From: Candidatus Poribacteria bacterium
GTDB lineage: Bacteria > Poribacteria > WGA-4E > WGA-3G
Direction of reading: 5' to 3'
Assembly (NCBI GenBank): GCA_028824125.1
Contig: JAPPES010000085.1
Coordinates: 79,281-143,280 of the forward strand
DNA: 64,000 bases
Part shown: positions 19,342-29,368 of the stretch, in pieces
Numbering within the stretch: the first letter of the stretch is position 1
Layout of the letters: every line of letters starts with the position of its first letter
Program-made: the position numbers and the translations under genes
The notes under the pieces: generated by a model
What the model was told of the DNA's origin: nothing
The model's database searches: none
The model's input: the letters and a program-made list of their open reading frames with translations, nothing else

Positions 19342-20589
19342 TTGAAACGATTAACTTGCTTACTTTTACTACTATTTTGGACCACTGCACTTGCATTCGG
19401 ACAAGGACTTCCGATAGCTGAGCCAGAGGATGTTGGTGTTTCTACTGAACAGCTTAAAGAAATCGCACCGACGCTGCAGGGGTACATTGACAAAGGGCAA
19501 CTACCTGGATTCCTCACAGTTATAGCGAGGAAAGGGAAGATTGCACATTTTGAAACCATCGGCATGCGAGATGTTGAGAATAAAAAACCGATTGAACCAG
19601 ATACAATCTTCCGTATCTATTCAATGTCAAAACCGATTACCAGCGTTGCTGTGATGGTACTTTACGATGAAGGGCATTTGAAACTTGATGATCCCGTTGA
19701 AATGTATATACCCGCCTTTAAAGGCATGCAGGTATTCAACAAAGAACAGACTGAAACACATGACGCTAAAAATAAGATGACAGTAAAACATCTCTTAACA
19801 CATACTTCCGGCTTGACTTACGGGTGGGGTGACAAACCTGTTGATAAACTCTATGGTGAGCTCAAAATATTCAAACGTGGTTCCGGTTTAGCAGAGATGA
19901 CAGAAAAACTGGGCGATATCCCGCTCGTTCACGAACCTGGAGCAAGATGGACCTACGGTGTTTCTACAGATGTTCTCGGCTATCTTGTGGAAGTCGTATC
20001 TGAAATGCCGTTTGAGGAATTCTTACAGACAAAGATTTTCAAACCACTCGGCATGGTAGACACTGCATTTTCAGTACCGAAGGAAAAAGTAGAGCGATTT
20101 GCAGCGTTGTATAGACCTACAGAAGAAGGTGGACTTAAACTTGCGAGAAACGCGCCGCTTGCAAATGATGATGTCACTTTCTTTCCTTCTGGTGGTGGCG
20201 GTCTTGTTTCTACTGCTGCGGATTACCTCCGTTTCTGTCAGATGTTACTTAACGGTGGTGAATTGGAGGGGGTCCGCATTTTAAAGACCGAAACCGTTGA
20301 ACTCATGCGCTATCCACATCATCAATACGGCAAAGATGGTGCTTTCGGACTCGGATTTCATGTTGTAACCCGTAAGGATGGCGATAAAAATAAAAGGGCT
20401 ACAGGTGCATACAGTTGGGGCGGTGCAGCCGCTACAACCTTTTGGATTGACCCAGAAAAAGAACTCATCGGAATTTTGATGACGCAGCTGATGAATAACC
20501 GTTATCCTTTTCAAGGGGAATTCAGGAAGTTGACTTATCAGGCTTTAATAGAAGCAGAACCAGAACAGTCGGATAATCAGCAAAAATGA
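19342..20589 (+). CDS. Secreted beta-lactamase-family serine hydrolase, paralog 2. It is near-identical to paralog 1 across long nucleotide tracts.
   Basis: The product has a signal peptide and a YSMSKPITS motif. About 80% of residues are identical to 17886..19130, with 60-75-nt identical DNA tracts. Confidence 0.8.
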   Translation: MKRLTCLLLLLFWTTALAFGQGLPIAEPEDVGVSTEQLKEIAPTLQGYIDKGQLPGFLTVIARKGKIAHFETIGMRDVENKKPIEPDTIFRIYSMSKPITSVAVMVLYDEGHLKLDDPVEMYIPAFKGMQVFNKEQTETHDAKNKMTVKHLLTHTSGLTYGWGDKPVDKLYGELKIFKRGSGLAEMTEKLGDIPLVHEPGARWTYGVSTDVLGYLVEVVSEMPFEEFLQTKIFKPLGMVDTAFSVPKEKVERFAALYRPTEEGGLKLARNAPLANDDVTFFPSGGGGLVSTAADYLRFCQMLLNGGELEGVRILKTETVELMRYPHHQYGKDGAFGLGFHVVTRKDGDKNKRATGAYSWGGAAATTFWIDPEKELIGILMTQLMNNRYPFQGEFRKLTYQALIEAEPEQSDNQQK

Positions 20590-20639
20590 TAAATCCAAGT
20601 TGTCCGCCTATCTGATGCCAATAACTTTGGATATTATTG

Positions 20640-20965
20640 TAGCGCAAAACTTTTAGTTTGCATCCACTACTGCACAAACTAAATGGAGATTAAATAAATA
20701 TTATGGTAATTTCTTTAGTCCCGTAGGGACGCAATGTTTATAGAAAAATGTTGTCCTTCCCCTCTTGAGTTCCGTAGGAACGGCATATTTATTGTTGATG
20801 CGCTTCGAAACATATCGTCCCTACGGGACTAAGGAATGAGGTTGTCCGCGCTGCTATAAACATATCGTCCCTACGGGACTGAAGAGCACTTAAAATGTTT
20901 CGAATATGTATAATGAAAAATTACCGATTTAATTACTTCATCTTCATAAAGTTTGTGCTACAGCA
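20640..20965. repeat. Full-length family-A MITE. Its core contains four copies of a GTCCCTACGGGAC palindrome, one of them inverted.
   Basis: The ends are tgcacaaactaaatggag... and ...cttcataaagtttgtgctacag. Internal repeats lie at about 20718, 20767, 20806 and 20856. Confidence 0.65.
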
Positions 20966-21048
20966 CAGTTTGGCGGTTTAGGTCCCACGGACCAAAAGTG
21001 GTGTGTATGTATTTTTGGATTTCACTATAACTGAGGAGAAACAGACTT

Positions 21049-22221
21049 ATGGACTATGGAATTCCGCGCGCGGTGCCTGAAGAGGTCGGTATGTCCGCAG
21101 CGCGGTTGCAACGAATTGCACCTGTCATACAACGTTGGGTAGACGATGGCAAAATACCTGGCGCATTAACAATGATCGCTCGTGAAGGTAAACTCGTACA
21201 TTTCGAAAAGTTCGGCATGCAGGACGTTGCAACTGCTAAACCAATGGAGTTTGATACCATCTTCCGCATCTACTCAATGACAAAACCGATTACAAGTGTT
21301 GCCGTGATGATGCTCTATGAGGAGGGACATTTTCAACTCAATACACCTGTATCTGAATTTATCCCTGCTTTCAAAGAAATGAAGGTTTACGCAAATCATG
21401 GCGATGCGATTGTTGATGCGGAACGAGAGGTGACGGTCAAACACCTACTCACCCATACTGCAGGCCTTATCTATGGTGGCGACTGGGTACACCCGATTAA
21501 TGACCGATATAGAGAAGCGGACTTTTACGGTGGGGACCTCTCACACATGGCACAAGAACTCGGTAATATCCCGCTTTTACACCACCCAGGCGACGCGTGG
21601 AATTACGGCATGTCTACCGATGTTCTCGGTTATCTTGTAGAAGTCGTTTCAGGAATGCCGTTTGCGGAGTTCTTGAAGAAGCGGATTTTTGAACCCTTAG
21701 ACATGGTAGATACAGATTTCTCTGTTCCTGAAGAAAAGGCCGACAGATACGCCACGTTATATGAACCTGCGGAAGATGGCGGTATTCATGTGCTGGAAAA
21801 TGCGCCTGTTTCAAGTGGTCCACTTAGTTTTCACCATTCGGGTGGTGCAGGGTTGCAGTCAACCGCTGCAGATTACCTCCGCTTTTGCCAAATGATGCTC
21901 AATGAAGGCGAACTCGACGGTGTCCGTTTGCTCGGTAGAAAAACGGTGGAACTTATCACAATGAATCATATCCCTGATGATTGGCAACCACTGTGGAGAA
22001 CTGGATGCGGTTTCGGTTTAGGATTTGCTGTTGTCACCGATGTGGCTGACACACATGCCCTTGGTTCTTTAGGCACTTACAGTTGGGGTGGTCTGGCAAG
22101 TACCACATTTTGGATTGATCCCGTTGAAGAATTGATCGGCATTCTAATGACGCAATTAATCGGTGATGCCCCCTTCCACGCCCAATTCCGAGTGCTAACC
22201 TATCAGGCTATTATTGATTAG
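21049..22221 (+). CDS. Beta-lactamase-family serine hydrolase, paralog 3. It has no signal peptide and is probably cytoplasmic.
   Basis: A GAGGAG RBS precedes the start and a YSMTKPITS motif is present. Identity to paralogs 1 and 2 is about 60%. Confidence 0.8.
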   Translation: MDYGIPRAVPEEVGMSAARLQRIAPVIQRWVDDGKIPGALTMIAREGKLVHFEKFGMQDVATAKPMEFDTIFRIYSMTKPITSVAVMMLYEEGHFQLNTPVSEFIPAFKEMKVYANHGDAIVDAEREVTVKHLLTHTAGLIYGGDWVHPINDRYREADFYGGDLSHMAQELGNIPLLHHPGDAWNYGMSTDVLGYLVEVVSGMPFAEFLKKRIFEPLDMVDTDFSVPEEKADRYATLYEPAEDGGIHVLENAPVSSGPLSFHHSGGAGLQSTAADYLRFCQMMLNEGELDGVRLLGRKTVELITMNHIPDDWQPLWRTGCGFGLGFAVVTDVADTHALGSLGTYSWGGLASTTFWIDPVEELIGILMTQLIGDAPFHAQFRVLTYQAIID

Positions 22222-22228
22222 ATTTGCA

Positions 22229-22436
22229 AAGTAGTAGACACACGCCGTGTGCCGTAAGTTCGTAGGTTGGTTAGAGCGTAGCGAAACCCAACATTTGCCG
22301 TTTTAACATCGCCCGATAGTTCTTATGGGAGGGTTTTGTAATCCCGATATAAAGCAGCGTTTGTAGTAACACAATTCATTGTACGTCTTTGAACTTGTGG
22401 ACGGCACGCGGAGCGTGCCTACTACCTTTAAGCACA
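22229..22436. repeat. Family-C MITE (~208 bp) with ~30-bp terminal inverted repeats GTAGTAG(A/G)CACACGCCGTGTGCCGT.
   Basis: Both terminal repeats are present in inverted orientation. Related copies lie at 24290 (a solo terminal repeat) and 39710. Confidence 0.65.
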
Positions 22437-22499
22437 TATATGACATTGAATTATTTATGCATACCCCTCAAATAAATGTGATAGGAGAAAAATACATCA

Positions 22500-23114
22500 A
22501 TGAAGATCGCAGTCGTAACCGGAGAACACGGATTTCGAGAAAAAGACTTTGACGCAGTCTTTCAAAATATGGAAGGCATTGCGTTTGTTAGAGAAGACCT
22601 GGATGTCTTTGTAGACGATCCAGACCAGAAGGAATATGATACTGTTGTGTTTTACAACTTCCACCGTCCGTATCCAAAAGAGGAACAAGCGAAAACCATT
22701 TTGGGACTCACTGAACGTGGGCAGGGATTGGTCATCTTGCATCACGCTATCCTTGCCTTCCCAGAGTGGGATGCCTATTCTGATATGTGTGGTATTGACA
22801 GTCGTGCTGATTTCGGTTACTTTCCGAAGCAAACATTGCAGATGCAAGTTACTGACCCTACCCATCCGATTACTCAAGGACTCACCGATTGGGAGATGGG
22901 AGACGAAACCTATACGATGAAATTTGCAGGTGAAGATAGCACTATCCTGCTAACCGTTGACCATCCGAATAGCATGGACGTGATAGGGTGGGCGCGTGAA
23001 TATGGAAATTCTCGTATTTTCTGTCTCCAGAGCGGACATGACAACGTCACCTATTCTAATCCGAACTTCCGAGAGGTATTGCGGCGCGGCATTGAATGGT
23101 GCGCTAGAGAATAA
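22500..23114 (+). CDS. ThuA-like (trehalose utilisation) glutamine amidotransferase-like protein.
   Basis: The ORF is about 200 aa. ThuA-family patterns are present (VILHHAILAFPEWDAY, GHDNVTYSNPNF). Confidence 0.6.
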   Translation: MKIAVVTGEHGFREKDFDAVFQNMEGIAFVREDLDVFVDDPDQKEYDTVVFYNFHRPYPKEEQAKTILGLTERGQGLVILHHAILAFPEWDAYSDMCGIDSRADFGYFPKQTLQMQVTDPTHPITQGLTDWEMGDETYTMKFAGEDSTILLTVDHPNSMDVIGWAREYGNSRIFCLQSGHDNVTYSNPNFREVLRRGIEWCARE

Positions 23115-23173
23115 AGAGCAACGGTAAGAGCGGATCCTAACCGCTCCGTGTTGTTAAGAAATGTGCAGTTTTT

Positions 23174-24271
23174 ATGTTTTCTAAACATCTTAGAATTACA
23201 ACAATTTGTGTCCTTCTCTTACTTTCAACGATACTCGTAAACTCTGAAAAAGGAAAAACAATGGCCCAAACTTCGTATTCAGTTTGCAAAGCATGGGATT
23301 CTCAGGACTTTGATGTCTACTCCATAGAACAAGGTGGCAAAGCGATTGCCGAGATTGCTCCATCACTCGGAAATAACTGCTACGCGTTCAGGGTCTTCGA
23401 TGGAAAAAACTGGCTCAAATTGATAGACGAACCACCGGATTTAGAAACGTTGGAACAACGTCCAACTGCCTTCGGTAACCCAATTCTTTTTCCGTTCCCT
23501 AATCGAATTCGGAACGGAAAATGGGAATTTGAGGGTAAAACCTATCAGTTTGACAAAGAGCCTGAATCACCGACTACTATTCACGGTCTGCTATTGAACC
23601 GTCCATACAAAGTTGACAAACACCATGCGAGTGAAAACGGTGCAACATTGGTGTCTTCGCTAAATTCAGGAGATTTTCCGGATATTAGTCGCCAATATCC
23701 TTTTCCATTCAAAATTGAGATTACCTATACAATCAAAGATGCCGTGTTAACGATGGTGGTTTCTATCCAAAACACAGGCGATGGAAATATGCCGATGGGA
23801 TTTGGCATTCATCCGTATTTTAGCACAAACCTAACCGGAACAGCGGACGCGTCAAAAGCAGTGATTACCGTTCCTGCCAACAAATATTGGGAATTGGATG
23901 AGGTTCTCGTGCCTACCGGCGAACAGAAGGATGTCACAGGAACGCTTGACCTACGCAACGGACAACCCTTTGCAAAATTGAAACTTGACCATGTTTTCAC
24001 AGATGTTCAATTGGTTGACGGTGTAAGTCGATGCGTTATTGAAAATAGAGATACAGGACACGGCATGATTATGGAATCGGATGCGCAATTTAGGGAACTG
24101 GTTGTATATACGCCACCGGAGCGAGATGCTATCTGTTTTGAACCGTATACCTGCCCGACAGATGCCATCAATTTAGAGGCGAAAGGCATTCCAGCAGGTG
24201 TTATTGTGCTGTCCCCGCAAGAGATATTTTCAGCAACCGTACGCATAATGCCGACGTATAATTCTAAATAA
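23174..24271 (+). CDS. Secreted aldose 1-epimerase (galactose mutarotase-like) family protein.
   Basis: The product has a signal peptide. Mutarotase-like segments are present (PFPFKIEITYTI...GFGIHPYF). Confidence 0.6.
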   Translation: MFSKHLRITTICVLLLLSTILVNSEKGKTMAQTSYSVCKAWDSQDFDVYSIEQGGKAIAEIAPSLGNNCYAFRVFDGKNWLKLIDEPPDLETLEQRPTAFGNPILFPFPNRIRNGKWEFEGKTYQFDKEPESPTTIHGLLLNRPYKVDKHHASENGATLVSSLNSGDFPDISRQYPFPFKIEITYTIKDAVLTMVVSIQNTGDGNMPMGFGIHPYFSTNLTGTADASKAVITVPANKYWELDEVLVPTGEQKDVTGTLDLRNGQPFAKLKLDHVFTDVQLVDGVSRCVIENRDTGHGMIMESDAQFRELVVYTPPERDAICFEPYTCPTDAINLEAKGIPAGVIVLSPQEIFSATVRIMPTYNSK

Positions 24272-24289
24272 AACAAAGTTTGCATTTAA

Positions 24290-24322
24290 AAGTAGTAGGC
24301 ACGTTCCGCGTGCTGTCCACTT
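24290..24322. repeat. Solo family-C terminal repeat, followed by a degenerate D motif.
   Basis: The sequence here is agtagtaggcacgttccgcgtgctgtccactt, followed by ctatgaatctccctcaataaattt. Confidence 0.5.
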
Positions 24323-24365
24323 ACTATGAATCTCCCTCAATAAATTTAGGTGGTGCGAAAATAAA

Positions 24366-25313
24366 ATGAAAAACACCACATTGCTATTATTTTTAATTTT
24401 GCTCATACTCACAAAACCGTGCAGTGCTATTTTTGAAGGCACAGCGAATGCCAACATCTTTATCAAAATGTCCGAACAGCGCGGTGATTTTGGTAGGCTT
24501 GCCCTCTGGCACGAAGCTGCGGCAGAATGCCTCACCCTAATTTCTGTGCCGATGAACGAGATCGCCCTCAATTACTACAAACGCAACGGATATGAGAAAT
24601 GGGCTGCGCGCACAGAAAAGGAAGCACTCGAAATTCAGGAACAACGCCAATTGCACCTCAAACGCACCAAAGCTGCGTGGAAAAAATCGAAAACTTCAGA
24701 AGTTGACCTAAAAGTGGAACGCGAAAAAATTGCCAAATTCATTACAACATGGTTACCACATTATCCAGATAGATTTTATAACTTTGGTATCTACGCTACT
24801 TTTTTTGCAGAGTTGAAGGAACGCGCGGAACAGAAAAAAGAGTATGCAAAAGTACTACATCTTGAGGCTGATGCAGCTGAAATGTGCGCAGTACAGTATG
24901 AGAAGATTCCAATAAAATATGGATTGAAAAACTATGAACAACTTCGAGACGCATATCTCCGACATGCGACCTTACTTCGCACCCTTGCAAAGCAATCGCC
25001 AAAGGCATTGCCTCCTGAAGCAAACATCGGTAAACGGATCCAACTTGAGAGACCGAAACCGCAAATAACACCATCAAAAAAAGCAGATAAAATCCTTCAT
25101 ATAGCAAAATCTGATCTACGCATCAAAGCTGCATTGGCGGATCAAAAGGGGATTCGTGAATATGCATGGTTTCAAGGATTTGCTTGGACAGTCAGTTTCT
25201 ATAATCACGGTTGGGGCAATCTCGCTATCGGTATTATTGATGACAAAACCGGAAAAGTTGTAGATGTTTTGAAAGGCGAACCCGAGACAGGTAAACTTGA
25301 ACTACTGGATTAG
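24366..25313 (+). CDS. Hypothetical secreted protein.
   Basis: The product has a signal peptide. No recognisable domain was found. Confidence 0.4.
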   Translation: MKNTTLLLFLILLILTKPCSAIFEGTANANIFIKMSEQRGDFGRLALWHEAAAECLTLISVPMNEIALNYYKRNGYEKWAARTEKEALEIQEQRQLHLKRTKAAWKKSKTSEVDLKVEREKIAKFITTWLPHYPDRFYNFGIYATFFAELKERAEQKKEYAKVLHLEADAAEMCAVQYEKIPIKYGLKNYEQLRDAYLRHATLLRTLAKQSPKALPPEANIGKRIQLERPKPQITPSKKADKILHIAKSDLRIKAALADQKGIREYAWFQGFAWTVSFYNHGWGNLAIGIIDDKTGKVVDVLKGEPETGKLELLD

Positions 25314-25319
25314 CAGCGT

Positions 25320-28300
25320 ATGAATCAGCAGACATCTTCAAAAAATCTGTCCCTTTTTGTCCTTTTGATTATCGGAATAATCAGTTACTGTACTGCTGTT
25401 GGAAATGCTACCCCGCCTGAAATTACACCGGGTGAATTATTAATTCGCCTGACACCAGAAGCATCAACCGATCTACAGCGACTGCAAGTCAAATCTCCCA
25501 TAGCAGCATTGTATGCAAAGCACAGTGTAGAATCTCTGAGATCTATCTTCCCATCTGTCACCCGTTTTTCAAAACATAACGCCAAACTTAAGCGCACCTA
25601 TCTCCTAAGGTTTTCACTCACTGTAGACCTTTCAGCACTTAAAGCAGCATTTGAAAAGAGCGAACTTATTGAGGCGGTCACGTATAACTATTTACGTCCA
25701 ACTTTGGTGAATGAAATTGTTCCCAACGACCCAAAATATCCAGAGCAATGGAGTTTGCCGCTGATAAATTTGCCACAAGCATGGGCAATTGAGAAGGGCA
25801 ACCGTGAAGTGGTTATCGCTATCATCGATTCTGGTATTGACTATAGACACGATGATCTCGCCTCAAAAATTTGGGTAAATCCTGGCGAAATTCCTGATAA
25901 TGGTTTAGATGATGATGGCAACGGTTACGTTGATGATATACATGGATGGGATTTTACCGATGCCCCCAATCTGCAAGCAGAAGGCGATTTCATAGAAGGC
26001 GATAACGAACCAATTGATGAATCTGGGCATGGGACACACGTTGCTGGCATAGCGGGTGCAATGCCAAATAACGGTATCGGTATTGCTGGAGTTGCGTGGA
26101 ATTGCCCGCTGATGGCGGTGCGCGCTGGACTTTCACTCGGTGGCGGTTCTCGTATGCAGGATGACGACTCCGCCGCAGCGATTGTCTACGCCGCTGATAA
26201 CGGTGCGGATATTATTAACATGAGTTGGGGCAGCGCACAACACTCCTTTGTTATCCAAGACGCTATTGATTATGCATATCAACGGGGGGCGGTATTAATA
26301 GGAGCGGCGGGCAATTCAAATGAAGCAGAGAGTATTTTTCCCGCCGGATACCGAAAAGTTATTTCTGTAGCATCAACGAACCAACACAAACAACGTTACT
26401 ACAAATCCAATTTCGGTGCATCTGTGGACATAGGAGCTCCCGGAAACGCTATTCTCAGCACACAAATCGACAACGACTACCGTATTCTTACTGGTACTTC
26501 TATGGCAGCACCGCACGTCGCAGGCGTTGCAGCATTAATGCGAGCAAAACGACCTTCTCTGACCCACGAAGAAGTCCGACAAATACTCACCAGCACTGCC
26601 GATGTGGTTTTGGAAAAAGATAGTGATGAACCTGATCCGAAACTTGCAGGTGCGGGAACCCTCAATGCTGAACGAGCTTTATTAGCAAGTGGTGTCTTAC
26701 AAGCACGAATTCATGCACCGCAAACAAATAGTGGCGGATCAACTTCAATTACATTTATCGGCACTGCAGGAGGTTATAAGTTTAAATCGTGGCAGCTGTT
26801 TTATGGAAGTTCTACTACCCCTACAACTTATGTTCCGTTTACAGACCCTTTATCAACGCAAAAAGTAGCCGAACAGTTAGCCGTATGGGATACGACTGAT
26901 ATACCAGAGGACGTTTACACTGTTCGCCTCGTTGCCACGGGAAGAGATGGTAGCCAAACACACGACCAAGTTGTGTTAACGGTGGACCGCACACCCCCCA
27001 AAGTTTTCTCTGTTACGGCAACTGAGACGTTATACGGAGACAGTTCTTCCACGATTTTCACTTGGGCTACAGACGATGTAACTCGGAATACCTTCTATTT
27101 TCGGCGCAGTGGTCAAATCACGCCTTTTGCTCCTATTGAGGAAAGAGGACTCGCCAAAGAACACTTATTTTCTCTGGAATTGGAAACAGGACAATATCAG
27201 TTTTACATCGCAGCACAAAACACTATCGGATTAAAGACAGTTGATGACAACAATGAGAAGTACTACACAATCGACGTTATTGGCAGTTCTATATCACCTA
27301 ATGGGTTCATTGAAACGGCACTTGACATGCCCCAGCTCCGCCTCGCAAATGTTTCTACTGATTTTGATAAAGATGGCTTACCCGAACTTGTCGGTGCACC
27401 TTTTTCAAATACCGCTGGGGAAAAACTTACGACACCTGACGGTATCGTTTTTTATGAACGATCACCAACAGGCAAATATCAGATAGCGCACAACCTCTCC
27501 AACATAGATTCGCTTGAAATCTTGGATCAAGACATAAATTTAGAAACGTTCACACCGTGGACAGTAGACGACACAGATAAAGATGGCTTGCTGGAAATAC
27601 TTGCTAACGACGAAGATCAAACATTCCTGATAGAAAGTCTTACACCAAATGGTTACCCTGCACAAATTATTTGGGCGACACCGTTTCTTTCAGGCGGAAA
27701 AATCGCAGACTTGGATGGTGATGGTAAAAAGGAAATTGTTGGCGTTGATAACAACAATAACCGGATTCTCATCTTTGAAAATAGAGGAAATAACGTGTAT
27801 GACAGAATTGCTGAGTTAGTTAATCAAACGGAAGGGAAAAATGTCTTTGCGTTAGACTTTGCAATTGACGACTTCAATGTTGATGGGAATGACGACTTAA
27901 TTGTTGGTGATAGTGAAGGGGAACTTTTCATTTATACTGCTACAGCAAATAACACTTTCCACCTCCAGTGGCAAACTCAACTTGGGATAGATGTTAGGCT
28001 ATTAATCTCTGGGGATTTAACCGATGACGGCAGGGCAGAATTTGTTGTTGGTGGCACTGTCTCACCGCCTGATGTGTCTTCCGCTTCACCTATCTGGAAG
28101 TTCCTTGTTTTTACGTATACAGCTGGCAAGTATGTACAGCTCTGGGAACAAGCTATTGCGCCGTATCGACTCCGTGGAAACAGTCTCGCCATAGCTGAAT
28201 TAGATGGAGATGGGGCCAACGAACTTGCCATCATTACACAGCCGAACCTCTACGTGATGAAATGGAACGGAACAACATTTGTACCGACATTTCATCAAAA

Positions 28301-29345
28301 AGTCACTGAAACACCTACGCTCTTCACCGCTGATCTCAATAAAAATGGGTTTCACGAGCTCTATGTTAACTCTGAAGAAGGGCTAAGTTTTATTGAATCT
28401 GCTTTTGCGATGGATAATAACTCTGTTGCTATGCTAACGCCATGGGACGTTTCCGCTACGCCTTTGACTGCAAAGGTCGTTCAGGTTACGTGGAAAACTG
28501 CAGAAGAAACGCAAGTGCCCACCGTCTTTACTATCTATCGCGCGATCGGTGAAAAGAGCGAAGCACCTGCAGGGACTAAGTTTGAGGCAATTGCTAATAA
28601 CCTCACCTTACCCAGATTCTTAGACAGAACGGTTGAAACAGGGACAACTTATTGGTATGCTATCACTGCCAAAGGAGAAACAGGCATAGAAACAGAACGA
28701 ACAAAGGCAATTTCTGCAACACCGCGCCTTGCTCCTAAAATAATCAGTGCTACCTATCAACCTCCGAATTGGATAATTGTCACTTTTGATCGGCAAATGA
28801 ATTTTACAATTAGTGATGAGCGAAGGTATCTTTTGCGTCAGCCAAAACAATTGGGCGGGTTACGGCCAATGTCTGCTATTCGTGACAGAATGGGAACGCG
28901 CGCGCTCTTAGCCTTTGATACAGATAAACTACAAGCACTAATCACCGTTTCAACAAACCAATATGAGATTGCTGTGTCCAATGTAACTGATGTTGATGAA
29001 AACCCGATTAGGGCTACTACTAACTTAGTTGAGGTACAGCAGCGTGCTGCTGAAACAAAAATAAAAGATTTTACACAGTTACGCGTCTATCCAAACCCTG
29101 TTCGTCCGAACATATCAGACAAAGGCGTAGTCACCTTTAATAAAGTGCCTGTAGGAACCCGCATTCAACTTTTCACACCTAAGGGTGAACTGCTTGAGAA
29201 CTTGAACGTCACCGAAAGCGATGGAAACAGTAAACAGTGGTGGTTGACAAACGGCAGCATCGGTGATATAGCTACCGGTATATATATTTATATACTTGAA
29301 TTTGAAGCGCAGAAAAAAGTTGGGAAGATTGCTGTGATTAAGTAA
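25320..29345 (+). CDS. Giant secreted subtilisin-like serine protease (S8) with FG-GAP/VCBS beta-propeller repeats, an Fn3-like region and a T9SS-type C-terminal sorting domain.
   Basis: The catalytic triad motifs AIIDSGIDY (Asp), HGTHVAG (His) and GTSMAAPHVAG (Ser) are present. FG-GAP repeats are of the DxDxDG type (DFDKDGLPELV and others). The C-terminal YPNP...GIYIYILEF stretch matches the Por_Secre_tail pattern. Confidence 0.8.
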   Translation: MNQQTSSKNLSLFVLLIIGIISYCTAVGNATPPEITPGELLIRLTPEASTDLQRLQVKSPIAALYAKHSVESLRSIFPSVTRFSKHNAKLKRTYLLRFSLTVDLSALKAAFEKSELIEAVTYNYLRPTLVNEIVPNDPKYPEQWSLPLINLPQAWAIEKGNREVVIAIIDSGIDYRHDDLASKIWVNPGEIPDNGLDDDGNGYVDDIHGWDFTDAPNLQAEGDFIEGDNEPIDESGHGTHVAGIAGAMPNNGIGIAGVAWNCPLMAVRAGLSLGGGSRMQDDDSAAAIVYAADNGADIINMSWGSAQHSFVIQDAIDYAYQRGAVLIGAAGNSNEAESIFPAGYRKVISVASTNQHKQRYYKSNFGASVDIGAPGNAILSTQIDNDYRILTGTSMAAPHVAGVAALMRAKRPSLTHEEVRQILTSTADVVLEKDSDEPDPKLAGAGTLNAERALLASGVLQARIHAPQTNSGGSTSITFIGTAGGYKFKSWQLFYGSSTTPTTYVPFTDPLSTQKVAEQLAVWDTTDIPEDVYTVRLVATGRDGSQTHDQVVLTVDRTPPKVFSVTATETLYGDSSSTIFTWATDDVTRNTFYFRRSGQITPFAPIEERGLAKEHLFSLELETGQYQFYIAAQNTIGLKTVDDNNEKYYTIDVIGSSISPNGFIETALDMPQLRLANVSTDFDKDGLPELVGAPFSNTAGEKLTTPDGIVFYERSPTGKYQIAHNLSNIDSLEILDQDINLETFTPWTVDDTDKDGLLEILANDEDQTFLIESLTPNGYPAQIIWATPFLSGGKIADLDGDGKKEIVGVDNNNNRILIFENRGNNVYDRIAELVNQTEGKNVFALDFAIDDFNVDGNDDLIVGDSEGELFIYTATANNTFHLQWQTQLGIDVRLLISGDLTDDGRAEFVVGGTVSPPDVSSASPIWKFLVFTYTAGKYVQLWEQAIAPYRLRGNSLAIAELDGDGANELAIITQPNLYVMKWNGTTFVPTFHQKVTETPTLFTADLNKNGFHELYVNSEEGLSFIESAFAMDNNSVAMLTPWDVSATPLTAKVVQVTWKTAEETQVPTVFTIYRAIGEKSEAPAGTKFEAIANNLTLPRFLDRTVETGTTYWYAITAKGETGIETERTKAISATPRLAPKIISATYQPPNWIIVTFDRQMNFTISDERRYLLRQPKQLGGLRPMSAIRDRMGTRALLAFDTDKLQALITVSTNQYEIAVSNVTDVDENPIRATTNLVEVQQRAAETKIKDFTQLRVYPNPVRPNISDKGVVTFNKVPVGTRIQLFTPKGELLENLNVTESDGNSKQWWLTNGSIGDIATGIYIYILEFEAQKKVGKIAVIK

Positions 29346-29368
29346 GATCGGTTTTATAGGAACCGAAT

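Noticed and set aside
20718-20880. Possible CRISPR array formed by the GTCCCTACGGGAC repeats.
   Set aside because: Only two direct repeats are present, alongside inverted and degenerate copies. The units are perfectly palindromic and lie inside a MITE. No cas genes are in the window.
22446-22480. The D motif TGCACACCCCTCA as a sigma-54 (-24/-12) promoter.
   Set aside because: It does not match the TGGCAC-N5-TTGC spacing or consensus. A -10-like TAAAT/TATAAT box is more plausible.
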